From: Bacteroidales bacterium
GTDB lineage: Bacteria; Bacteroidota; Bacteroidia; Bacteroidales; ML635J-15
Length of the DNA: 64,000 nt
Direction of reading: 5' to 3'
NCBI GenBank assembly: GCA_963676165.1
Contig: OY781043.1
Coordinates: 2,122,793 to 2,186,792 of the forward strand
Shown here one piece after another: positions 1 to 9,393 of this stretch. The position numbers and the translations under genes were made by a program. The notes under the pieces are model-generated. The model made no database searches. It was given only the letters and a program-made list of their open reading frames with translations, and was not told the DNA's origin. Position 1 is the stretch's first letter; the number at the start of each line of letters is the position of its first letter.

Positions 1-3000
1 ATAATTTGTGAAGGGGCTAGTGCAAATCTATGTGCAACGGCAGAAGGCTCTGATGTTGCAGACGATGCATATAACTGGAGTCAAGATCCAAGTATTTTTG
101 ATGATGATTGCACTGTTCAGCCAGAAACTGAAACAACTTATTCAGTAACAGTAACAGATGTAAATGGCTGTACCGCTTCTGATGAGGTTATTGTTGACCC
201 TGCTTATCCATTACCACCTGTACCTGAGCCGTCAAACACGGGGCCATATTGTGCAGGTGAAACCATAGAGCTTTACACACCACAACATGAAGGCTTAACT
301 TATCGTTGGCATAGTTTCCCTTTTGAAATTAATAATGATGGAACTCCCGGGGATCAGTTTAACACATATTATTCCGAAGATAATTATGAAGTCACTATAG
401 AAAATGCCAGAAATCATTTCTGTTGTGCTGGTGACGTTTTTGATACGTATAACATGAATGGGCCATACACTGCATATGTGCAAAATGAATATGGTTGTAT
501 CAATTCAGCATCCACAGAAGTTGAAATATACCCTGAAGACCTAAGCTGTTTATCTATTGAAGTGTATAACGTAACCAACAATTCTACTGATAAATTTTGT
601 GCCGGAGATGACATAACAATAGACATTAACGGCAACTACCTTTCAAATTGTGCATTCGAGGAAGCAGAAATCACTGTCTCCGGACCAACGATAAATAACG
701 AACCGTATATCGGTGCACCTGTATCAGATTTTGTCATTGAAAATATTGGATCAGAGCATTCAGGCATTTACACAATCACCATATCTACAATGTGTTATGA
801 GATCACATTAGAAGATGAAATTGTAGTTAATGATCCAGATGTTACATTACAAAACGTATATGGATTTTGCGAGGGAGATGAAATACTAATCGAACCTGTC
901 ATTTCTAATAATATTGATTTGTTTAATTGGGAAGGCCCGGATTCTTTTGAAAGTACTAACCCATTATTAGAGATCGAAAATGTAACTCCCAATATAGAGG
1001 GAGAATACGAATTAATGGTTACAGATGTATTTGGCTGTACTGCTGCAGCAACAACCAATATTACTGTTTTTGACTACTCATATCAAGGGAATTTAACAAT
1101 CGATTCCAATTCACCAGTTTGTTATGGCGAAGACATTACACTTACTGCCGAGTCAAATTACAATGGTGTTATAGAATATAACTGGACTGACCCCAATGGG
1201 AACTTTCTTTCGAATGACGCTTCAATAATAATTTCAAATGCAACATATAACGACATCGGCAATTATACGGTAGAAATTCAATTTGACCCGATAGAAAACA
1301 ATCCTTGCGATGAACGGATTCAAAGCACATTGGTCATGGTGACAGATTGCGAAGAAACAATAAACATATCATGTAGTCAAATTCCGGTCACATGTCAAGA
1401 CCCATACAATGGGAAAATAGAGATTTCCATGAATAACGGAACACCTCCTTATAGCGCAGCTTTATATCGAAATGGGAATTTACTGAGTTTCACTGAAAAC
1501 TTAGAAGCCAACGAAAATCATACTATTGAGCTTCAAGGGGTAGAACCAAACAGCAGTCCAATCACAATTGTTGTGGAAGATAATGCGGGCAATAGTAGTT
1601 TCCATACCTTAACTGAAGGACTCAACTATGCATGGGATCATGTAATTACTCAAAATAATTTGTATTTCAACAATCAATATGAAGCCCAAATTTTATGTGT
1701 TGGCGACAACGAAAATCAGGGACTAGATTTTTATCAGAATTTCACGTTTGAGAATTGCACCATTTACACATCAACACATAATGTGACAGGATTAGATAAC
1801 ACAAAGTGGACATTAAACATGCCAAACACTTTGGAAATATTCAACACAACAATTAAAAGTGGCTGCCCCGATAAAATGTGGCAAGGAATCTATTCAGATG
1901 GCATTGCAGGTGAATTACAAAGTCCGGAGGACACAAAAATAATCATTGACAATTCAGCTATTTGTGACGCAATTAAAGCGGTTGACATATTTGGTGGGGG
2001 AACACAAACTGTTACAAATTCAGAATTTATCAATAATGTTCAAGATTTACTGTTTTATGACTCCCAAAACAACACAATTACAATTAATAATAATGGGTTT
2101 AAAACAAACTCACAATTAAATTATCAAGTTTTTTATCCCAAAGCCCATGTTGACTTATACAAAACCAGCAATATAATTTTTAATGGCAATGAATTTATCA
2201 ACAGTACACCATACTGCACAGAGCCTGAATTTCCTGTACACAAAAGAGGTACCGGCATAAAATCTTTAGCAAGTAGTTTTATTGTAACACCGGTCAATCA
2301 ACTAACGTGGACTCCTATTGGAACAAATTCAGAAAACCGTTTTGAGGGATTATTTTACGGCATTAAATCAGAGTATCATTGCACAACACCTCCTGCTATC
2401 TACTTCAATGAATTTGAGAATAATTTCAGAGGAATATATTTAGGAAATTCTCATGGTAGTCGTGTCCTTTTTAATGACATTTCCACAACACAAGAGAATA
2501 CATATTTTGATGAAGCCTTCGCAGAAAACATCAATGGATTAGAGGAAGTTGCAAGCTCCTACGGAATGTATGTTAATTCATGCCGCCAATTTAGCATAGA
2601 GGAAAACAGTTTTAAAAACGGTAATGTTGGTATTTATATGTATAATTCCGGAGAAGCTGCAGGACAGAAAATATATCGCAACACATTTGGAGATGAACCA
2701 CAAAGTGGAAACAATTTTAATATGAACTCCGCTGTTGTTGTATTAGGAAAGAATTCAGACTATGATATTAATGACCCATTTAGCGAAGGTTTAACCGGTC
2801 TCCAAACCCGCTGCAACAATTACACAGCAACCGAAAATGCCATTTCCGTTATAAATGGAAACATGAGGAAAAATCAGGGTGTTTATATGGGTGCAACCGA
2901 TAAACTCGCCGGGAATCAATTCCATGAAACATTTACCAATGGAATGGAATTTACAAGCCAGTTTACGTCAGAATTTGAAATGTACAACCTTGGAACATAC

Positions 3001-4350
3001 AAATATTTCCGTCATGATGAATTTGGAAGTGATGATAACGGGTTTTACCGAGAGTTGATAAATTATTCTGGGGTCATAGAATATCCTAATGATGGAGTTC
3101 CTTATTATGAAGATCTTTCATGTCCATCAAATTACGAAGAGACTCCAATTATTGAACCGGGAGAATTTATTGTGTTTATCGGTGAATTACAAAACAACTT
3201 ATCAAGTAAGGAATCTGAATACGCACAAATAGTTGACAAGGGAAATACAACTCAATTAAAATCAGCTGCAGAGTCAATGAATTCCCAAAACTTTTTTGCT
3301 GCATACTTGACTCTATGCAACAACGGCTATCTAAGTAACACAGTTTTTGATGCCATCTTAAACAATCAATCGGTTCCACAGGTTGTGACAACAGCCTTGC
3401 TACTTGCGAATTCTCCCTTACCGGAAGTTACACAGCAGAAAGTGCAGAAATCACGCCTTACAAATTGGCAGAAAATGCTTATTGCATATTATCAGCAAGG
3501 TATTAACAACAGAGAAAAATTAGAATTTGCAATGGCTGACATAAAGCAGGAAATTGCTACAATTGAATCTGATATGCTTATCAATTTTGCAAATAATGAT
3601 TCGACACCGGCATACAGAGAAAATGTAATGAATTATTTCAGTCAAAAAGCGGATGAAAACATTGAGAACTATATAAACCGTTTTAATCTTCACCTATTTG
3701 AAGAAGATTACAATAATGCGTTGATCATTTTGAACACATTACAAAACTATGCATCAAGCTTTAGTAATGACAGCATAACCCAAGAGATACAGCACTATTA
3801 CGATGTAAATAACATATTAATATCCGTATTAAAAGACAATCAATATAAGGAAACAAAATTAGAGAGTAATCTTGCATCTTTACGTCAATCTGCAAAAGCA
3901 TATTCACCCTGGTACTCAAACATTAGCAGATCGCTTTATGCATTGGCAACAGATTCAATTTTGTTGGAATATACCCCTATACCACATCCCGAAGTTTCAA
4001 CGAAGTTAGCCGTTTGCAAACCTGATTTAAACAGTATCTTTAGTCCTGAGATTAAACTTTACCCAAATCCGGTAAAAGAGCTATTGTTTGTGGAATATAA
4101 TTTTATTTCCATGTCAGAAACAGGAACTGATTTGTTGTTAAAAGAACTTGATTATGAAAAAACTAATACTTGTGAAAACGGAAACATTGTTGTATATTCG
4201 AACTCAGGACAGAAACTTGTTGACTTGGAATTAAGCCAAAGTCTTGGTGTTATTCGCATTAATTTTAAAGACTTCGCAGCAGGCAATTACATTGTGGAAG
4301 TGACCGATTGCTACGGGTTTACGAATAGTGCAAAAATTGTCAAGCAATAG
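1..4350 (+). CDS. Large T9SS type A cargo protein (Ig/PKD-like repeats, right-handed beta-helix region, helical region, CTD); 5' end lies upstream of the window
   Basis: Frame 1 is open from base 1 (IICEGASANLC...YSVTVTDVNGCTAS), so the ATG at 454 is internal. It has W-x-GP and VTDxxGC Ig repeats and Asn-rich beta-helix-like rungs. The C-terminus reads LYPNP...GNYIVEV...KIVKQ. Confidence 0.8.
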   Translation: MICEGASANLCATAEGSDVADDAYNWSQDPSIFDDDCTVQPETETTYSVTVTDVNGCTASDEVIVDPAYPLPPVPEPSNTGPYCAGETIELYTPQHEGLTYRWHSFPFEINNDGTPGDQFNTYYSEDNYEVTIENARNHFCCAGDVFDTYNMNGPYTAYVQNEYGCINSASTEVEIYPEDLSCLSIEVYNVTNNSTDKFCAGDDITIDINGNYLSNCAFEEAEITVSGPTINNEPYIGAPVSDFVIENIGSEHSGIYTITISTMCYEITLEDEIVVNDPDVTLQNVYGFCEGDEILIEPVISNNIDLFNWEGPDSFESTNPLLEIENVTPNIEGEYELMVTDVFGCTAAATTNITVFDYSYQGNLTIDSNSPVCYGEDITLTAESNYNGVIEYNWTDPNGNFLSNDASIIISNATYNDIGNYTVEIQFDPIENNPCDERIQSTLVMVTDCEETINISCSQIPVTCQDPYNGKIEISMNNGTPPYSAALYRNGNLLSFTENLEANENHTIELQGVEPNSSPITIVVEDNAGNSSFHTLTEGLNYAWDHVITQNNLYFNNQYEAQILCVGDNENQGLDFYQNFTFENCTIYTSTHNVTGLDNTKWTLNMPNTLEIFNTTIKSGCPDKMWQGIYSDGIAGELQSPEDTKIIIDNSAICDAIKAVDIFGGGTQTVTNSEFINNVQDLLFYDSQNNTITINNNGFKTNSQLNYQVFYPKAHVDLYKTSNIIFNGNEFINSTPYCTEPEFPVHKRGTGIKSLASSFIVTPVNQLTWTPIGTNSENRFEGLFYGIKSEYHCTTPPAIYFNEFENNFRGIYLGNSHGSRVLFNDISTTQENTYFDEAFAENINGLEEVASSYGMYVNSCRQFSIEENSFKNGNVGIYMYNSGEAAGQKIYRNTFGDEPQSGNNFNMNSAVVVLGKNSDYDINDPFSEGLTGLQTRCNNYTATENAISVINGNMRKNQGVYMGATDKLAGNQFHETFTNGMEFTSQFTSEFEMYNLGTYKYFRHDEFGSDDNGFYRELINYSGVIEYPNDGVPYYEDLSCPSNYEETPIIEPGEFIVFIGELQNNLSSKESEYAQIVDKGNTTQLKSAAESMNSQNFFAAYLTLCNNGYLSNTVFDAILNNQSVPQVVTTALLLANSPLPEVTQQKVQKSRLTNWQKMLIAYYQQGINNREKLEFAMADIKQEIATIESDMLINFANNDSTPAYRENVMNYFSQKADENIENYINRFNLHLFEEDYNNALIILNTLQNYASSFSNDSITQEIQHYYDVNNILISVLKDNQYKETKLESNLASLRQSAKAYSPWYSNISRSLYALATDSILLEYTPIPHPEVSTKLAVCKPDLNSIFSPEIKLYPNPVKELLFVEYNFISMSETGTDLLLKELDYEKTNTCENGNIVVYSNSGQKLVDLELSQSLGVIRINFKDFAAGNYIVEVTDCYGFTNSAKIVKQ

Positions 4351-4379
4351 AGATTGTATATGGTTTAAAGGAATTAATT

Positions 4380-6272
4380 ATGATGAAAAAATTATTGGTT
4401 ATAACTTTAGTTTTTATAAACATTACGACAATTAAAGCACAAGTTGTTTTCAATAAAATCATTGAAGATTCCATTGGTCATATCACAAATTCAGTTGTTG
4501 CTTTAGACTCCGGTTATGTATTTTTATCAGGCACAGGAAATGAATATGGTATACGCAGTTTAGGCTTAACTTATGTTAATGAGGTTGGCGATAAACAGTG
4601 GAAACATATATATGGCGATTCAGTGGTGGAATACTGGGATGGCTGGGGAGGCAATTATAAACGTTTAAATTCCTCTTCTTACCTTTCCGGTTCATTTGTT
4701 AATTCACCTGAGCAAAAACGTGGAATTCATATTACAAAATTCGATTCCTTGTTTAATATTGAATTCCAAAACATTGTATTATATGATTCAATTGATAAAA
4801 GAGCTTATGATACAAAATATTTTAGTGATAGTTGTTATTATATCACTGGGTCATATGATTGCGAAGATATTGAACAAGTAAAACTTATATTACTAAAAGT
4901 TGATAATTCAGGTAATTACTTATGGCATAAAATATTTGGAAATAATGCGATGGAATATGGAAGTCGTATCATTGAAACATCAGATGATAAAATATTAACT
5001 GCAGGTTCTACAATCATTACCAACATCTCTAACACCCGCTGGTACTTTCTCAAAACCGACACAGCGGGAAATACCATTTGGGAACAGACTTATGGGCGCA
5101 ACAATTACAACAATGGCAGAGTCAACGGCCTGATAGAAACGCAAGATTCAAATTATCTCGCCTGCGGGATATATCCTGCTGCCTCATACGGAAGCGAGAC
5201 CCTCTACGATGGCTGCCTGCGCAAAATAGATACTGCTGGTGACTTGTTGTGGGAAAAGCGCTACAAAAATTACTCGTGTCATCCTGATGGTGACAACATC
5301 ACTCGTAGCGGAACAATAAGCTCGATTAGCCAATTGTCAAATGGTGATTTTATTATTTTGGGTTCTTCGCAATGGTATTACACAATTTTGAGAGGTTTTC
5401 TAATGAGACTTGATTCGAAAGGTAATATCAAATGGCATCATTATTATTTTGCTGAGGATTACATTTCTACGTGGCAATATTTTTCAGATTTCAAAAGTAC
5501 AGGTGATGGTGGTTATATCATTGCAGGTTATGGAATTGATTACAGCAATTTGGGCTATGAAACAGAACAACAAGCATGGCTTGTAAAAACCGACAGTTTG
5601 GGAATGGACGGACTAAGCAACACAGAACCGGATGCACTTCAACTGGAAGTGGATTTTCCTTTAACAGCATGCAATAACGATACTATACAAATTTTCGTGA
5701 AAATTGCCGGTAAATCGGCACCCTACACACTTGAATTTAGTACGGGACAAGTTACAGATAGTATTTATTATCCAGCATGCTTTGTTCCTCAGGAAATTGG
5801 CTTAGACACACTTGAACTTGAATATCTTGGCACTCCATATTTAATAGATACCATTAGAGAAGCAACAATCACAAATCACGAATGGGGACATTGCATCGCT
5901 AAACCCGTAGATTTCTACACACCAGCAGATGCGGGCTATTTAAATCTATATGTCACATTGACAGATGCCTATGGAGAAAGTATTACATTAGCAGATGGAT
6001 TAATGATTACAGACTGTCCAACGACATTAACTGAAAACGAAAGCGCTTCTCACTTCAGCTTTTATCCCAATCCCGCAACCAACAAACTTCACTTAGAAAT
6101 CCCAAACCTAACACACCCCCAACAAGCCGAAATTTACGATGCTCAAGGCAAGCTTGTTTTTACACAAACCATAAATGCAAAAACCACTACCCTTGACATC
6201 AGCCATTTACAACCCGGCAGCTACATCCTCAAAATCGATGGCATCAGCCAGAGTTTTACGGTGGTGCGGTGA
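4380..6272 (+). CDS. Secreted T9SS type A cargo protein with beta-propeller-like repeats
   Basis: Signal peptide MKKLLVITLVF...AQ; repeated LKxDxxGxxxW blades; C-terminal FYPNP...PGSYILK CTD. Confidence 0.8.
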   Translation: MMKKLLVITLVFINITTIKAQVVFNKIIEDSIGHITNSVVALDSGYVFLSGTGNEYGIRSLGLTYVNEVGDKQWKHIYGDSVVEYWDGWGGNYKRLNSSSYLSGSFVNSPEQKRGIHITKFDSLFNIEFQNIVLYDSIDKRAYDTKYFSDSCYYITGSYDCEDIEQVKLILLKVDNSGNYLWHKIFGNNAMEYGSRIIETSDDKILTAGSTIITNISNTRWYFLKTDTAGNTIWEQTYGRNNYNNGRVNGLIETQDSNYLACGIYPAASYGSETLYDGCLRKIDTAGDLLWEKRYKNYSCHPDGDNITRSGTISSISQLSNGDFIILGSSQWYYTILRGFLMRLDSKGNIKWHHYYFAEDYISTWQYFSDFKSTGDGGYIIAGYGIDYSNLGYETEQQAWLVKTDSLGMDGLSNTEPDALQLEVDFPLTACNNDTIQIFVKIAGKSAPYTLEFSTGQVTDSIYYPACFVPQEIGLDTLELEYLGTPYLIDTIREATITNHEWGHCIAKPVDFYTPADAGYLNLYVTLTDAYGESITLADGLMITDCPTTLTENESASHFSFYPNPATNKLHLEIPNLTHPQQAEIYDAQGKLVFTQTINAKTTTLDISHLQPGSYILKIDGISQSFTVVR

Positions 6273-6480
6273 GGTCGATGGCTTTGTATCCGGTGGCTTC
6301 GGCTCCGTCACCTTACTGTACCACGCCAGGTGATTGAGCGCAGCGATGTGCTGAGCTGTGTCGTAGTGCCGAAATTACCGGCAATGAGCACACTAAGTCA
6401 AACCCCGAAGGGGTGACAACATTGTAACCACGGGTGTAGTGAGAAAACTTGTTTTCGAAACGAAACCCGGGGGCACACAA
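6273..6480. repeat. GC-rich intergenic cluster of short imperfect palindromes (REP-like)
   Basis: CCGGTGGCTTCGGC (6290-6303) pairs imperfectly with GCCGAAATTACCGG (6368-6381). The region also has GGTGATTGAGCGCAGC, GTGCTGAGCTGTGTCGTAG and ACCCCGAAGGGGT, and is clearly more GC-rich than its flanks. Confidence 0.55.
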
Positions 6481-6592
6481 ACACCCGAAAATCCTTTTGG
6501 CGGGATTTTTGCGGCGCAGCAAGAAAAAATCGTGACAAAAGCCGGACAGGCAATGACAAAAGTTGGAGAAAAATACGTACATTCGTACAAGC

Positions 6593-8509
6593 ATGAAAAC
6601 CAAACCTATGAAACTACAAATCGCCATATTTTCAACTTTTTTACTAATTTCAAGTGGATTACTTGCACAACCATTAACACCAACAGAAGCCAATATCCCT
6701 GTCAGAGATGGACAAACTTTAGCCGCAGACATTTACATTCCGCAACCCGAAACAGCCCGTCCAACAATATTGATTCAAACTCCGTACAATAAACTCTTTT
6801 ATCGCTACTCCCTACCATTAGGAATAGGCACAGAAGTTGACAACAGTCCGTATAACTTTGTAATTGTCGATTGGCGAGGGTTTTATGCATCGGCAGGAGC
6901 AGCAAGTACCGAGGCAGATCGAGGCGAAGACGGTTATGATATCATTGATTGGATAAAAGACCAAAGCTGGTCAAATGGAAAAATTGGAACATGGGGAGCT
7001 TCAGCATTGGGAAAAATTCAATTTCAAACAGCAAGAGAACAACATCCCAATCACATCTGCGCAGTTCCTCTCGTTGCCAGTCCGCAAATGCTATATCAAG
7101 AGTATTATCCCAATGGCGTTTACCGGGAAGAGTATGTTGAGCAACTTGATGCACTTGGATATGGCATGTCAACAATACTCGAAGCGCATCCATACTACGA
7201 CCCTACTTGGCAATACACAGAAAACGCAACATTCTACCCCGATGACATTCAAATTCCGATGTTAATGATTTGTGGCTGGTTTGATCATGACTCTGAGTTC
7301 AAATTTCAATACTTTCAGGATTTGCTTTCCAATTCTCCATCTACCATTGCAGAACAACACAAACTACTCATAGGACCCTGGGCACACGGTGGCTTTGGAC
7401 AAGCACAGGTTGGCAGCGAACAACAGGGCGAGCTCTTTTTCCCACAAGCAGAAGGATACAGCGATGAATATGCACTTGATTTTTTTGATTATTACCTTCT
7501 GAATGCCTACAATGGCTGGCCTGCAAATCCAAGCATAAAATTCTTTCAAATGGGAGAAATGGAATGGCGAAGCAGCGAATCCTGGCCACTACCCAGCACA
7601 ACTGAAACACTCTATTTCCAGGCAAATGGCAGCTTATCGAATCAAATGCCTGCTACAGACGATTCTTGCTCTAGCTTTTTATACGATCCTCGCGACCCTT
7701 CACCAACCATTGGAGGACCAACGCTTAGGCAAGATCTCTTGCAAGGACCCTATGATCAATCAACGGAAGTAGAAAGCCGCAATGACATTCTCATTTTTGA
7801 CACTCCAGGTCTCACAGAAAATTTTAGCATCAATGGAAACATTCATATGAATCTGTATGTTTCCAGCAATCGACCCGACACCGATTTTGCAGTGCGACTT
7901 TGCGATGTGTATCCCGATGGCAGAAGCATTTTGCTTTTGGATGGAATTTACAGAATGCGATTTCGGAATGGATTTACGCAGGCTGACGAAAGCTTCATGA
8001 CCGAAGGAGAAATTTATCCCATTGAAATCATCTTACCTGGCATAGCACATAGTTTTTTAACCAATCATAAATTACGCGTTGACTTTAGCTCATCCAATTA
8101 TCCACGATTTCATCGTAACATAAACAATGGAGACGCAATGTATAACTCCGGCGATACATTGACCGCATTAAATGCGATACATCACAATGCAGATCATCAT
8201 TCCTCCCTCCTGCTACCAATTAGCCAAAGTACAAGCACTTCAATGCTGGAAAATAATGCAATACAACTCGGAAATCCGTTCCCGAATCCAGCGACAAAAC
8301 AGCTTTTTGTTCCTTATCAATGTCCAAATGACATGTCTGTTTACATTCAAATCACAGATATCTCAGGCAGGATTGTGGAAATAAAAACACTAGCAAAAGG
8401 ACACTCCTTACTTGAATTGAATCTAGACACCTACACTCCCGGCATGTATCAAATTAAATTCACTTTCGGGAATAAACATGTTCAATCCATTAAATTTGTG
8501 AAACAATGA
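6593..8509 (+). CDS. CocE/NonD (peptidase S15-like) serine hydrolase with T9SS CTD
   Basis: Motifs RDGQTLAADIY, QTPY, DWRG, nucleophile elbow GTWGASALG, GWFD, GPWAH and SSSNYPRF; CTD FPNP...KFVKQ. ATG 6593 (or 6608) is preferred over TTG 6563. Confidence 0.9.
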   Translation: MKTKPMKLQIAIFSTFLLISSGLLAQPLTPTEANIPVRDGQTLAADIYIPQPETARPTILIQTPYNKLFYRYSLPLGIGTEVDNSPYNFVIVDWRGFYASAGAASTEADRGEDGYDIIDWIKDQSWSNGKIGTWGASALGKIQFQTAREQHPNHICAVPLVASPQMLYQEYYPNGVYREEYVEQLDALGYGMSTILEAHPYYDPTWQYTENATFYPDDIQIPMLMICGWFDHDSEFKFQYFQDLLSNSPSTIAEQHKLLIGPWAHGGFGQAQVGSEQQGELFFPQAEGYSDEYALDFFDYYLLNAYNGWPANPSIKFFQMGEMEWRSSESWPLPSTTETLYFQANGSLSNQMPATDDSCSSFLYDPRDPSPTIGGPTLRQDLLQGPYDQSTEVESRNDILIFDTPGLTENFSINGNIHMNLYVSSNRPDTDFAVRLCDVYPDGRSILLLDGIYRMRFRNGFTQADESFMTEGEIYPIEIILPGIAHSFLTNHKLRVDFSSSNYPRFHRNINNGDAMYNSGDTLTALNAIHHNADHHSSLLLPISQSTSTSMLENNAIQLGNPFPNPATKQLFVPYQCPNDMSVYIQITDISGRIVEIKTLAKGHSLLELNLDTYTPGMYQIKFTFGNKHVQSIKFVKQ

Positions 8510-8565
8510 AATTCAAATTAAATACTCTCCTTCTTATCATCGCAATTGGATTTTGTGGAAATTAA
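8506..8565 (+). pseudogene. 19-aa signal-peptide-only remnant coupled to the CocE stop codon
   Basis: ATGA overlap at 8506-8509; encodes MKFKLNTLLLIIAIGFCGN then stop. Confidence 0.45.
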
Positions 8566-8575
8566 AAAATGCAAC

Positions 8576-9340
8576 TCAAACTCTCACCCGAGTAAAAAAG
8601 CCCTTATTTTTTGGCAATAAAAGTCCAAAATGATAAAAATCCAGGGCAATAAAATCTTTGTCATGAGCAAGTTTTCGCCAGGCCTTGGTCATTCCTTTGG
8701 ACCAATGGATATCATCCAATAAAATCACGGCTTCCTCTGAAAGTCTGTTCTGAATATCATTCATCAAATCCAGGGTTTGTTGGTAGCGATGATCTCCATC
8801 CACATACACAAAATCCCAACTTGCTTCATTTTGCGCCAAAAAGGCTTTAAATGTTGTCGTATGCAAACTCACATTATCTGCAGAAAATGCATGCAGTACA
8901 TTGCTCGCTACTGCATGTGTTTCAGGACAAGCATCCACAGAATGAATCTGACTTTCAGGACAAGACAATGCCATACACAAAGTAGAGACTCCCAACGATG
9001 TTCCTAACTCCAAAATATGTTTAGGTTTCAGGAAGTACACCAATCTCGATAAAAAGACAGCATCGTCCTCATTCAAAACAGCATATTTTGCGATATCTGA
9101 CAATTTGCGGATATCCCCCATTTTTCGGGAGCCTGCCCCTTTGTCAACTACAGTAATTTCGGTTTCATCATAAAGCAGATCATCCATTACATCATCGTAT
9201 GCCAACATTGCATAACTTGTCCTGTCTGACTGAAGTGCAGACAATAAAACACCCAAATCATTGAGTTTAGGGATCGCATCATAAGGCTTGGAAAGCACTT
9301 TATGCTTCAAATATTCAAAGGCAGAATGCAATTGCTTCAT
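8576..9340 (-). CDS. Class I SAM-dependent methyltransferase (O-methyltransferase-like)
   Basis: Motifs ILELGTSLG, DFVYVDGDH and LDDIHWS. Confidence 0.85.
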   Translation of the reverse strand: MKQLHSAFEYLKHKVLSKPYDAIPKLNDLGVLLSALQSDRTSYAMLAYDDVMDDLLYDETEITVVDKGAGSRKMGDIRKLSDIAKYAVLNEDDAVFLSRLVYFLKPKHILELGTSLGVSTLCMALSCPESQIHSVDACPETHAVASNVLHAFSADNVSLHTTTFKAFLAQNEASWDFVYVDGDHRYQQTLDLMNDIQNRLSEEAVILLDDIHWSKGMTKAWRKLAHDKDFIALDFYHFGLLLPKNKGFFTRVRV

Positions 9341-9393
9341 GGAAATTAATGGTATTTTTGTATTTTAACATCAAATTTAGTGGAAAGAACCGA

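Noticed and set aside
6313-6792. ORFs 6313-6732 (-), 6393-6590 (-) and 6439-6792 (+)
   Set aside because: They run across the palindrome cluster and the CocE start and have no protein motifs; they look like by-products of GC-rich repeats.
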